Position numbers and translations under genes: made by a program. A stretch of DNA of 64,000 nt from contig WRMQ01000001.1 of assembly GCA_009777055.1 (NCBI GenBank), positions 11,141-75,140 of the forward strand, given 5' to 3'. Of this stretch, positions 1 through 7,434 are shown piece after piece; the first letter of the stretch is position 1; each line of letters starts with the position of its first letter. The notes beneath the pieces are model-generated. The model saw nothing but the letters and a program-made list of their open reading frames with translations. It made no database searches and had not been told where the DNA came from. The DNA is from Oscillospiraceae bacterium. Its GTDB lineage: Bacteria > Bacillota > Clostridia > Oscillospirales > Acutalibacteraceae.

Positions 1-457
1 ACGGGTCTTTGACATTGGCTGGCTCTGGTACCAACGCGGCGGCGATTTCGTGGGCCTCTTGGGCTGCGTTGTCGCTGTTGTTGAGCAGATAAAACGGGTC
101 AAAGCCCCATGTTTCATAGCTCATGGGGTTGAAGATTTTTCGCTCCCCCGGTTTGTCTGCCGTGGCCGCCGACAGCTCCCCCTTGATGTCGATGGCAAAA
201 ATGGCGCTCTGCCACGCCAGCAGGGACGGAATAGCCAAGCTCGAACTCTTGCCGCTGCCCGCCCCGCCGCAGATTAAAATATGGCCGTCCGAGCTCTCGC
301 TCTTGATGAAATATTTGCTCTTATATGTGCCAAAAATGAAGCCTTGAGGCTTAACATTCAAAAGCTCTCTAGGTGGCTTGGGACTTTGGCGCTGGTCAAG
401 GTGCAGCAGCAAGCCCGCGCCAAATATTATGGTCAGCAGCAGGGAGGCCGGTATCAT
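1..457 (-). CDS. Type IV secretion coupling protein (VirD4/TraG/TcpA-like), N-terminal part; continues beyond left edge
   Basis: Absent from the ORF track because it is open at the window edge. The reverse strand from ATG 457-455 reads MIPASLLLTIIFGAGLLLHLDQ (TM helix) ... HILICGGAGSGKSSSLAIPSLLAWQSAIFAIDIKGEL (Walker A), with no stop down to position 2. Its ATG overlaps the relaxase stop (ATGA). Confidence 0.7.
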   Translation of the reverse strand, partial: MIPASLLLTIIFGAGLLLHLDQRQSPKPPRELLNVKPQGFIFGTYKSKYFIKSESSDGHILICGGAGSGKSSSLAIPSLLAWQSAIFAIDIKGELSAATADKPGERKIFNPMSYETWGFDPFYLLNNSDNAAQEAHEIAAALVPEPANVKDP

Positions 458-1314
458 CGGCCCCTTTCCCGGCCCCGCGACTGCTCCCGCTGGGTGTAGT
501 TGCGCTCATCCAGATTACGCACATGCCGCCCGTGTTCTCGCCGGGCGTTGCGGGCTTCGATTTCGCGGTTTTGGTCGCCCAGATAGGACGGGCGGCCCTC
601 TTTCTCCATCTGTGAGGCCGTGGGGCCGAGGTGCTGGGTCGGCTCCAAGTCAAGGCCCTGCCGCTGAAAGCTGCGATGGTCAACGGGTTCGAGGCCGTGG
701 CGTTCTAGCTCGCGGTTAACGATTTTCGCCCATGCTTCCCGCCAGAGTTCGGCGTTTTCGCCTTTGTCCCAATCCACCGTTGGCACCTTGCGGCTTTTCC
801 ATTCGCCGCTGGGCAGCATGACGCGCTGGCCCTGCCGGTCAAGGATATATTCTTTGGCTGCTTTCGCCGCCCACGTGCCGTCCGGGTTCATGGGCCGGGT
901 AGTCAACAGGATGTGCGCATGGGGGTTGCCATCCCCTTTGTCATGGATATTCAGGTCGGCGCACATCCCCCGGTTGACAAATTGCCCCACATATTCACGT
1001 GCCAGCTTGACATGTTCCTCTCGGTCAAGTTCGGCGGGCAGGGCGATTTCGACCTCGCGGGCAGTGCGGGCGTTCTTCTGCTTCTCGGCGTGTTCCACGC
1101 TGTTCCAGAGGATAGCCCGGTCTTGGTAATGCTCCGGGGCGTGTTCCGGTAGCAGGATTTCAGAATGGACAACCCCGCCTTTTTTCTCGAAGTCGAAGGT
1201 CAAGCCGGTGCGATGGTCATAAATTTTTTCGGCGGCACGATAGGCAGCGGCGGCCACAGATGACCGCCCGCTTCCCCGGCCAATGGTCTTGATACTCATG
1301 TGATAGATCGCCAC
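454..1314 (-). CDS. MOBQ-type relaxase (MobA/MobL family), relaxase domain only
   Basis: Carries the N-terminal family signature (M)AIYHMSIKTIGRGSGRSSVAAAAYRAAEKI and the histidine triad HDKGDGNPHAHILL. Start is set at GTG 1314 (GGAGG 8 nt upstream) because family members begin MAIYH; the track ORF 454..1362 starts further upstream. Confidence 0.85.
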   Translation of the reverse strand: MAIYHMSIKTIGRGSGRSSVAAAAYRAAEKIYDHRTGLTFDFEKKGGVVHSEILLPEHAPEHYQDRAILWNSVEHAEKQKNARTAREVEIALPAELDREEHVKLAREYVGQFVNRGMCADLNIHDKGDGNPHAHILLTTRPMNPDGTWAAKAAKEYILDRQGQRVMLPSGEWKSRKVPTVDWDKGENAELWREAWAKIVNRELERHGLEPVDHRSFQRQGLDLEPTQHLGPTASQMEKEGRPSYLGDQNREIEARNARREHGRHVRNLDERNYTQREQSRGRERGR

Positions 1315-1504
1315 GCTCCCTGCCTCCTTTTTTCTCTGTCCCGCAACGTCTCCCAGCCGCACCCGGGGTCCCCGCGAAGTCCGCAGACTTCGTGGGGTGG
1401 GCGTATGCGGCCCGCCATTTTATACAAATCACGGCGCGGAATAAAGCGGCGGCGGGATGTATAAAATGGAATGCGCGCAGCGCAAAAGCGCCGCAGGCCG
1501 CACG

Positions 1505-1533
1505 TACACCGTGAGCGGTGTGTAAGTGCGCAC
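1505..1533 (+). promoter_or_regulatory. Candidate oriT: short inverted repeat followed by a MOBQ-like nick core
   Basis: ACACCG-tgag-CGGTGT hairpin (1506-1521) is followed directly by TGTAAGTGCGCAC. This resembles the RSF1010-type nick region (..TAAGTGCGCCCT..). It lies in the divergent gap between the relaxase and the 1578 gene. Confidence 0.45.
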
Positions 1534-1577
1534 TTCGTGATTTGGCGGACTACTACAACATATGCGAGAATAAAAGG

Positions 1578-1940
1578 ATGAGTAGCCAAATCACGCTGTT
1601 CGCAGCGCGAACAGGAATAGCCGGGAGGTGGAGGCCAGTGACAAAACCAGATTTTGTGGGGGCCTATACCAAGGAGCAACAGAAAAAGAACCGCGAAATT
1701 AGGGCGGCGGGTCTGCAAAAATCAGCCCAACGCTCAAGAGATACCCGGCGTAAAATCATCCTCGGCGGGATATTGCTAAAGTATTTCCCAGAGCTAAAAG
1801 AGCTTGACCCAGCGGTGGAATCGGACTTTAAGGCTGTGGTCGGGATATTCGCTGCCCTTGCCAGCGACCCGGAATTTTTGAAATGGTGGGCAGGGATGAT
1901 GAAAAAGGGCCAGCGGGAAAGTCCCGCCAGCCCAGATTGA
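1578..1940 (+). CDS. Small basic protein, possible relaxosome accessory factor (TraD/MobC-like)
   Basis: Divergent from the relaxase. The segment RSRDTRRKIILGGILLKYFPEL resembles the Ti-plasmid TraD-type motif (RDTR.KI.LGG). Start codon is uncertain: ATG 1578 has AAGG immediately adjacent. Confidence 0.45.
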   Translation: MSSQITLFAARTGIAGRWRPVTKPDFVGAYTKEQQKKNREIRAAGLQKSAQRSRDTRRKIILGGILLKYFPELKELDPAVESDFKAVVGIFAALASDPEFLKWWAGMMKKGQRESPASPD

Positions 1941-1950
1941 AAGTTAAGCA

Positions 1951-2301
1951 TCACCACACTTCGTTAAATTCTTCATGAAACATCATGGTATAGCGGTCAT
2001 CCTCATCGACAACATAAATTGCGCAGGAGGGTACGGCTATGGTCATCCGAATCGTGCGATGGTATTCCGGCAGGTGTTGCTTTTGTGTGATGCTCACGCC
2101 TCCTTCCTCTGGAAACAGCCAGTAAGCGATGAGGCAATCTGGCTCCACAGGCAACATTTCCAGCATAAGCCACATGCCGTTTTGCACTTTCTGCGGGATT
2201 TCCTGTTTAACTCGTGCGGAAACAAAGCGCGCAGCGATGTATCTCCTGTGGGTTTTGCCCTTAGCTCTTGCCGAGGGTTGGGTGGGGTATGTGTTTTTCA
2301 T
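1951..2301 (-). CDS. Hypothetical ICE protein, paralogue of 3142..3513
   Basis: 116 aa. Shares the pattern IP....MW...E..P...D ... GG ... Q..PEY ... (I/V)YV(V/I)D(E/D)D(D/G)..(T/S)(T)M.. with the 3142..3513 product. Possibly DUF960-like, not verified. Confidence 0.6.
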   Translation of the reverse strand: MKNTYPTQPSARAKGKTHRRYIAARFVSARVKQEIPQKVQNGMWLMLEMLPVEPDCLIAYWLFPEEGGVSITQKQHLPEYHRTIRMTIAVPSCAIYVVDEDDRYTMMFHEEFNEVW

Positions 2302-2467
2302 AATGCCCCTATCGCTACAGATAACGGTTGATTGGTCAAGGGCGCGGCAGCGGCTTGCGAACCCTTGAACGTCAGCCGTTATCTGTTATCTTGAAGGGAA
2401 TAGAAAAACACATATCCCACCCAAGAAAAAGGGCCAGCGGGAAAACCCCGCCAGCCCAGATTGAAAG

Positions 2468-3091
2468 TTAAGCGTCAAGTGTCATAATTTTGTCGCAATG
2501 GTCGCATTTTAGTGTGGCGTCGCGGGTCGTGCGGGCAATCAGCCCGCAGCCGGGACAGACATATTTACGGTAGCTCTGCCGGGTGCGCGTCACGGTTTTT
2601 TCCTTGCCGTCCTCGCCGGGCTTGGTGACTTTGGGCGTGCCGTCCCGGTAGGTTTTCATGCGCTCCAGCTTGAAGCAACCGGCCCGGCAGTGTTTCTTGA
2701 CCAACGCAGTGAATTCCGGCCCAGGTTCAGTGATACACCAGCCGTGGGTTTGGTGCTGCTTGACAATCAGCCCCGCCATCTCTGCTGCCGCCTTAAAATT
2801 GGCGTTGTGATACTGCCCTTTTCGGCTGGTGTCCTGTATGCCCTGCTGCATGTTCCACAGGTGGCTCATCTCATGGCCGAGGGTGGTAATGACCAGTTCT
2901 GGCGGGCGGTTCAGGTATTCAGCGCACAGATTGATTTCGCGGTAATACTGCTGGTCTTTGTCGCTCCACACCTTGCCCACGGTAATCCAGCCATAGGCCC
3001 CGCCGGTGTGATCGGTCAAGATGGTGATGACGGGCCGTTCCAATTCATTGTTGAAATATGTCGCGTTGAGGAGCCTAAACATTCTCTGCAA
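2468..3091 (-). CDS. SprT-like zinc metalloprotease domain protein with C-terminal zinc ribbon
   Basis: HExxH motif in TLGHEMSHLWN. C-terminal CPGC...CDHC pair (YVCPGCGLIARTTRDATLKCDHCD). Confidence 0.75.
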   Translation of the reverse strand: MQRMFRLLNATYFNNELERPVITILTDHTGGAYGWITVGKVWSDKDQQYYREINLCAEYLNRPPELVITTLGHEMSHLWNMQQGIQDTSRKGQYHNANFKAAAEMAGLIVKQHQTHGWCITEPGPEFTALVKKHCRAGCFKLERMKTYRDGTPKVTKPGEDGKEKTVTRTRQSYRKYVCPGCGLIARTTRDATLKCDHCDKIMTLDA

Positions 3092-3141
3092 TTCGTCAAT
3101 TGCGCTTTGGATTGTGACTTGGCCTTTGATTTCCTCACCCC

Positions 3142-3513
3142 CTAATATTCATCTGCCAGAAGCATGGTTGAATGGTCGCCATCATCAATGACATAGACTT
3201 TGGCAGTGACCGGCACAGCGTCAGGCAACAGCAGCGGCGCATATACCTCGCAAGTATACTCCGGCTGCTCTTGATTGTGGGTGATTCGCTGTACACAGCC
3301 GCCCAGCGGGGCAAGGTCAAAGAACTGATAGCGGTCTTTGGGTTCGGGCATAAGCTCAATGGCTATCCACATAGCCGCTATCGCCTCCATCGGGATTTCG
3401 GCCTCAATGCCGCAGGTAAGATAACGCTGGTTAGTAAACAATTCGTATAATTCCCCTTTCTGTTGACACCTAACTTTCAAGGGGATTTTACAGCAACTAA
3501 AGCTCCTGTGCAA
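3142..3513 (-). CDS. Hypothetical ICE protein, paralogue of 1951..2301
   Basis: C-terminal two thirds align by eye with 1951..2301 (EIPMEAIAAMWIAIELMPEPKD..., QPEYTCEVY..., KVYVIDDGDHSTMLLADEY). The true start is probably downstream of the first ATG. Confidence 0.5.
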   Translation of the reverse strand: MHRSFSCCKIPLKVRCQQKGELYELFTNQRYLTCGIEAEIPMEAIAAMWIAIELMPEPKDRYQFFDLAPLGGCVQRITHNQEQPEYTCEVYAPLLLPDAVPVTAKVYVIDDGDHSTMLLADEY

Positions 3514-3880
3514 ATTTCATGCATTGCAGCTTGCCTTGCCTAACGATAAGGACTGTATCGGTGATGGGCCAATCCAGGCAAAAGTAATATGTGCGCCGGT
3601 ATCTGGGCCATTTGACTGTATGCACGATTTTTTGCAAGCCATTTGGTGTAACGGAAAGGCGAAATGCTTGTGTCTTGCTCAGACAATGTCTGTCTGTCTG
3701 GTGCAGGTGAGCCAGCAAAAACAAGGTCGCCTGAAACTCTGGAGATAAATTTTCCTCAATCCAATCGGTTGCGCGGTGGTCGCAAAATCGGAAAACATGG
3801 CCTTGAGCGATAGCGTTCAAAGCCTTGGTAACAGCCGCTATTGCCCCGGCGGCGCGGGGGGTCTGTTTGGTATTTTTCAT
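3497..3880 (-). CDS. Hypothetical ICE protein
   Basis: 127-aa ORF. Its start context GGCATTATGAAAAA is shared with the 2301 and 4878 genes. No family recognised. Confidence 0.5.
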   Translation of the reverse strand: MKNTKQTPRAAGAIAAVTKALNAIAQGHVFRFCDHRATDWIEENLSPEFQATLFLLAHLHQTDRHCLSKTQAFRLSVTPNGLQKIVHTVKWPRYRRTYYFCLDWPITDTVLIVRQGKLQCMKFAQEL

Positions 3881-4055
3881 AATGCCCGCCTCAAAGCAGG
3901 CAGGAACTGTCTGCTATACTGCGAGCAGGTGAAAAATACAAGGCAGGCGCTCCAAGCAGCCGAGGCAATGGCGGCCTTTCGCCGTGAGAAAAAGGGTGAG
4001 GGTTTGGGTGGGGAAAAAATCGATTATCAGGACAAGGGCTAGCTTGAAATTTCTT

Positions 4056-4535
4056 TTAGGCAGCCATTGGTTTTTCTTCTTCTGGATTTCGAAAGCTTTC
4101 AGATAGTTGGGCCATTTTCCTTTGTGCGATTTGCTCAAGTTTGCTGCCTGGGCGGGCACGCCGAAAAACGGTACGCCAGGCATCATAAGTCTGGGTCTGT
4201 TCAAACACTTTTGCCAGCGCGATTTGCGAAGGTCTGCTGTCTTCGGGGGCATAGTCATAAGCAGTGAGCCAGTCATCGGACGTTTTGGCCTGTTCGGACA
4301 TTTTCTCCAACGCGGATTCCCTTAGAAGGCTGCCATAGGGGGCGCGGTCAAAAACCGTGCGCCACTCGTCAAAGGTTCGCGCCTGCTCGGCCAAGCTTTC
4401 CGGCGTTTCCTTTTTAATGTCATTGTTTTCAGGGGCTGCGGCAGTTTCATTTGACGCCGGAGCCCGGAAGCTTTCGGCTTCTGGCGGGATATATGACTGT
4501 CCTTCAAATGGCATGATGACGCTTTCTGTTTGCAA
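4056..4535 (-). CDS. Hypothetical ICE protein with three tandem ~31-aa repeats
   Basis: Repeats are AEQARTFDEWRTVFDRAPYGSLLRESALEKM, SEQAKTSDDWLTAYDYAPEDSRPSQIALAKVF and EQTQTYDAWRTVFRRARPGSKLEQIAQRKM. Confidence 0.55.
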   Translation of the reverse strand: MQTESVIMPFEGQSYIPPEAESFRAPASNETAAAPENNDIKKETPESLAEQARTFDEWRTVFDRAPYGSLLRESALEKMSEQAKTSDDWLTAYDYAPEDSRPSQIALAKVFEQTQTYDAWRTVFRRARPGSKLEQIAQRKMAQLSESFRNPEEEKPMAA

Positions 4536-4701
4536 TATTAACTAGACCTAAATATAACCTGTCCCATAGTTTTGTCAACAGGCGGTTATTCTCCATTTCT
4601 TGCAAAACAGAAAAGCAAAAAACCGCCTGACGGCGGCCAAAATGTTTGCGGGGTAGAGAAAAAAAGGGTGCGTGGTTTGGGTGGGGTTGTCAAGTGAAAT
4701 G

Positions 4702-4878
4702 CTACTCCCAGCGGGAGAGCAGGAGCGCGCCGTTTTTGGTGACGATTTCGAGGCGGCGGCTTTCGTGGGTGCAGCGACCCCAGCGGTCAAACTTGCCACA
4801 TTCCTCCCAGGCACACCTTAGCGTGTCAACGTATTGGCGCGGGTAGATTTGATCTGGGTGTGTGTGATGTTTTTTCAT
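4702..4878 (-). CDS. Small hypothetical ICE protein (58 aa)
   Basis: Internal ATG of track ORF 4702..4974: MKKHHTHPDQIYPRQYVDTLRCAWEECGKFDRWGRCTHESRR... It shares the conserved start context GGCACTATGAAAAA and is preceded by a conserved hairpin. Confidence 0.4.
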   Translation of the reverse strand: MKKHHTHPDQIYPRQYVDTLRCAWEECGKFDRWGRCTHESRRLEIVTKNGALLLSRWE

Positions 4879-5023
4879 AGTGCCGTCATCCGCTGGGGCG
4901 GCCAGCAGGGTCAAGGGCGTGAACACGGCTTGCGAACCCTTGACAATGCTGGGCGGCTCTGCCACTCTCGGCACACTGAAAAAACGAACACGCGGCCAGA
5001 CAAATCACCCGCAGCAAAGACGG

Positions 5024-5956
5024 CTACTGCGATTGCCGCGACCTGAGAGCTACGAGCCAGTCGTTCCAATCCTTGAACCCGGCAGCGGGTTGACGAATCT
5101 TCACGCCAGCGTTGACCGATTGGACGCTGCGCACGAAAGCAGTTCCCGCCTCGTCATTATCGACACACAAAACAGGCCGCGCCTGCTCCCCGAGGGAGTG
5201 CATGGTGTGGTCGAAGATATTTTGCTTCAGGCCCGCGAGGGAGGTCAACCGGCACCCGGCCAGGTCTTTCCCTCTCATGCGGGAAATGTCAACGAAGGAC
5301 AGCAAATCAATGGCGCTTTCAAAGAACAGAGCGTAGGCGGTTTGCTCACCGAAAGACAGATTGTACCCGCAGCCATATTTGGAGCCGGTTTTGATGCCTT
5401 TGAAACGCTGCTGGGGCATGGTTCCATTGAGTTCCGCGCCGACAATCGCGCCGCCGTCATACATGGGAAAAACGGCGTTGTGATATTCTTTGCCGTCATG
5501 GTGTTGGATTTCTTCAAAAAGCTGGCGGCGGCGGATGAGCTGGGTGATGAGTTCTGCCGATAGCCCGCGCTGGTGGTGCAGATAATCAATCACGCGGCCC
5601 ATGTTGGGCGCAAGCTCTAACTTGGCAAAGTCAAAGCGTTCCGGGGCTGCTGGCGGTTGAATAATGGGTTTTTTCTCTACCCCGCCAGCCGTCAAAGCCT
5701 CCACCGCTTCCCGAAAATCCATGCCGTAGTAGCTGCGAAGGAAATCAATCGCGTTACCGCTTTCGCCCCGGCTGTTCCATACGTATTTATTGCCTGTGAT
5801 AAACAGGCTGTTATGCTCGGCCATGCGGAAGCTACCCTGATTACCGGCTGGGATGAGTTTTACACCCTGCGCCATCAGGTAGGCGGGGAGGTCGGCTTGG
5901 CGGGCCGCTAATAGCTGCTCGCGGGGGATGGGTTCAAAATGGGGAGCTTCTTTCAT
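5024..5956 (-). CDS. DUF3991/Toprim domain protein (primase-like ICE protein)
   Basis: C-terminal Toprim-type acidic motif VLCVDNDEAGTAF. The N-terminal part resembles DUF3991 proteins of Firmicutes conjugative elements. ATGA overlap with the integrase gene. Confidence 0.7.
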   Translation of the reverse strand: MKEAPHFEPIPREQLLAARQADLPAYLMAQGVKLIPAGNQGSFRMAEHNSLFITGNKYVWNSRGESGNAIDFLRSYYGMDFREAVEALTAGGVEKKPIIQPPAAPERFDFAKLELAPNMGRVIDYLHHQRGLSAELITQLIRRRQLFEEIQHHDGKEYHNAVFPMYDGGAIVGAELNGTMPQQRFKGIKTGSKYGCGYNLSFGEQTAYALFFESAIDLLSFVDISRMRGKDLAGCRLTSLAGLKQNIFDHTMHSLGEQARPVLCVDNDEAGTAFVRSVQSVNAGVKIRQPAAGFKDWNDWLVALRSRQSQ

Positions 5957-6933
5957 TTGCGACCTTTCAGGGATATTTTATCCTGTCTGGCCCCATTGCC
6001 CAAGTAGTTATCCAGCGGGTTGAAATTATCGAAGTTGTTTTGCAAGTCATCGTTGTACATGTTGACATATTTACGCACCATCTCAAGGCTGGAATGCCCT
6101 AAAATCTTTTGGAGCCGGAACATGTCCCCGCCGTTCAATATCCACTGCTTGGCGAAGGTGTGCCGGAACATGTGCAGTGACGTTTTTTCAACACCGCGTT
6201 TGCGATTGTACCGGGCAATTTCCTTCTCCAAAACGTCTGTGGTCATGGGCTTGCCGTAGGCGGTGCAAAACAGGCTTTCCCCCGGTTCTCCTTTGCGATA
6301 GCCCAAATATTCTCGCAGCACTACCGCCAATGAGCTTGAAATAGGGATGATATACTGTTTGCGGGCCTTGAGCTTCTTGAGGATGATGGTGTTGTTCTCC
6401 AAGTCCACATCCTCAAGGTGAATGCTGACGATTGTCCCGGCCCGGTTGCCTGTGGCAAGCATGTAATTTATCAGCACCCAATTGCGGTATTCTCCAAAGC
6501 GGGCCGTTTTCATGTCGGGTTTCTTGAGCAGCAGCTTGATTTCCGCGTCTGTGTAGGTTTCCTTGACCACCTCGTCAACCTTTGGCAATTGGATGATAAA
6601 CTCCTTGATATAGCCCTTCCTCATGCCGTAGTACAGGATGGCGCGTAAGCCCGTTAAGTAAGACCGCTCCGTGGCCGGGCTTAAATTCGGCTTGTTGTCG
6701 TGCAAAAACTCAATGTAATCATAGTAGGTGTCCTCGGTGATTTGGTCGCACATGGCGGCTTCGCTGAAAAAGTCGGCAAAGAACCGCCCGCAGTCATTGT
6801 AATACTTGATTGTCTGCTCGGACAGGTTGCGCAGCTTCTTAAATCGGATGAACTCGGCTTGGAGTTCCGCGTAGCTGGCCGCGCTCGGCTCCGCTTGCAG
6901 GGTGATGGGGCGGGCGCTTGGTTTTCTCGGCAT
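5953..6933 (-). CDS. Tyrosine-type site-specific integrase
   Basis: Catalytic box HMFRHTFAKQW ... LGHSSLEMVRKYVNMY, with an N-terminal SAM-like core-binding region. Last gene before tRNA-Tyr. Confidence 0.9.
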   Translation of the reverse strand: MPRKPSARPITLQAEPSAASYAELQAEFIRFKKLRNLSEQTIKYYNDCGRFFADFFSEAAMCDQITEDTYYDYIEFLHDNKPNLSPATERSYLTGLRAILYYGMRKGYIKEFIIQLPKVDEVVKETYTDAEIKLLLKKPDMKTARFGEYRNWVLINYMLATGNRAGTIVSIHLEDVDLENNTIILKKLKARKQYIIPISSSLAVVLREYLGYRKGEPGESLFCTAYGKPMTTDVLEKEIARYNRKRGVEKTSLHMFRHTFAKQWILNGGDMFRLQKILGHSSLEMVRKYVNMYNDDLQNNFDNFNPLDNYLGNGARQDKISLKGRK

Positions 6934-7131
6934 GGTGATGTCCTCCCTCTCTTGCGCTATTATAGCGTATTCAGGAAGAACAGAGCCTATGCGGTTTTGT
7001 CCGACAGATTCGTCTGTTGAGCGGGTAAAAATCTGTCGTCAAACTGTCCAATATTTGCCGTTCCGGTCGGTTTGCTCTTGAAAAAGAGAAACCGGACAAG
7101 CCTTGTGCTACAAGGACTTGCCCGGATTTTC

Positions 7132-7216
<85 letters not shown>

Positions 7217-7230
7217 ATAACTACCGTAAC

Positions 7231-7258
7231 ATTATAGCATAGCTGCAAAAAAAGTCAA
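7231..7258 (-). promoter_or_regulatory. Sigma-70-type promoter for tRNA-Tyr
   Basis: Reverse strand has TTGACT, a 16-nt spacer and TATAAT, ending about 15 nt before the tRNA 5' end. Confidence 0.5.
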
Positions 7259-7434
7259 GCATTTTTTCATTTGGGCGCCGCTCTGGCGTCAACTGCGCCT
7301 GTTGACGTCTTTTTAGCGTCTTTTGGGCCAAATTTTTTCTTGCTTTTTCATGATATCTATGCTATACTCCAATTATACAGCTTTTATTTTATATATCGCC
7401 AATTTGTAAGCTTCTAGCAAGGGGGACGTCATTT

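Larger units (their letters stand above)
1..7131. mobile_element. Integrase-proximal end of an integrative conjugative/mobilizable element next to the 3' end of tRNA-Tyr
   Basis: Contiguous minus-strand module: T4CP, relaxase, SprT-like, Toprim, integrase. It is more AT-rich than the flanking chromosome. The integrase faces the tRNA 3' end. The other boundary is outside the window. Confidence 0.7.
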
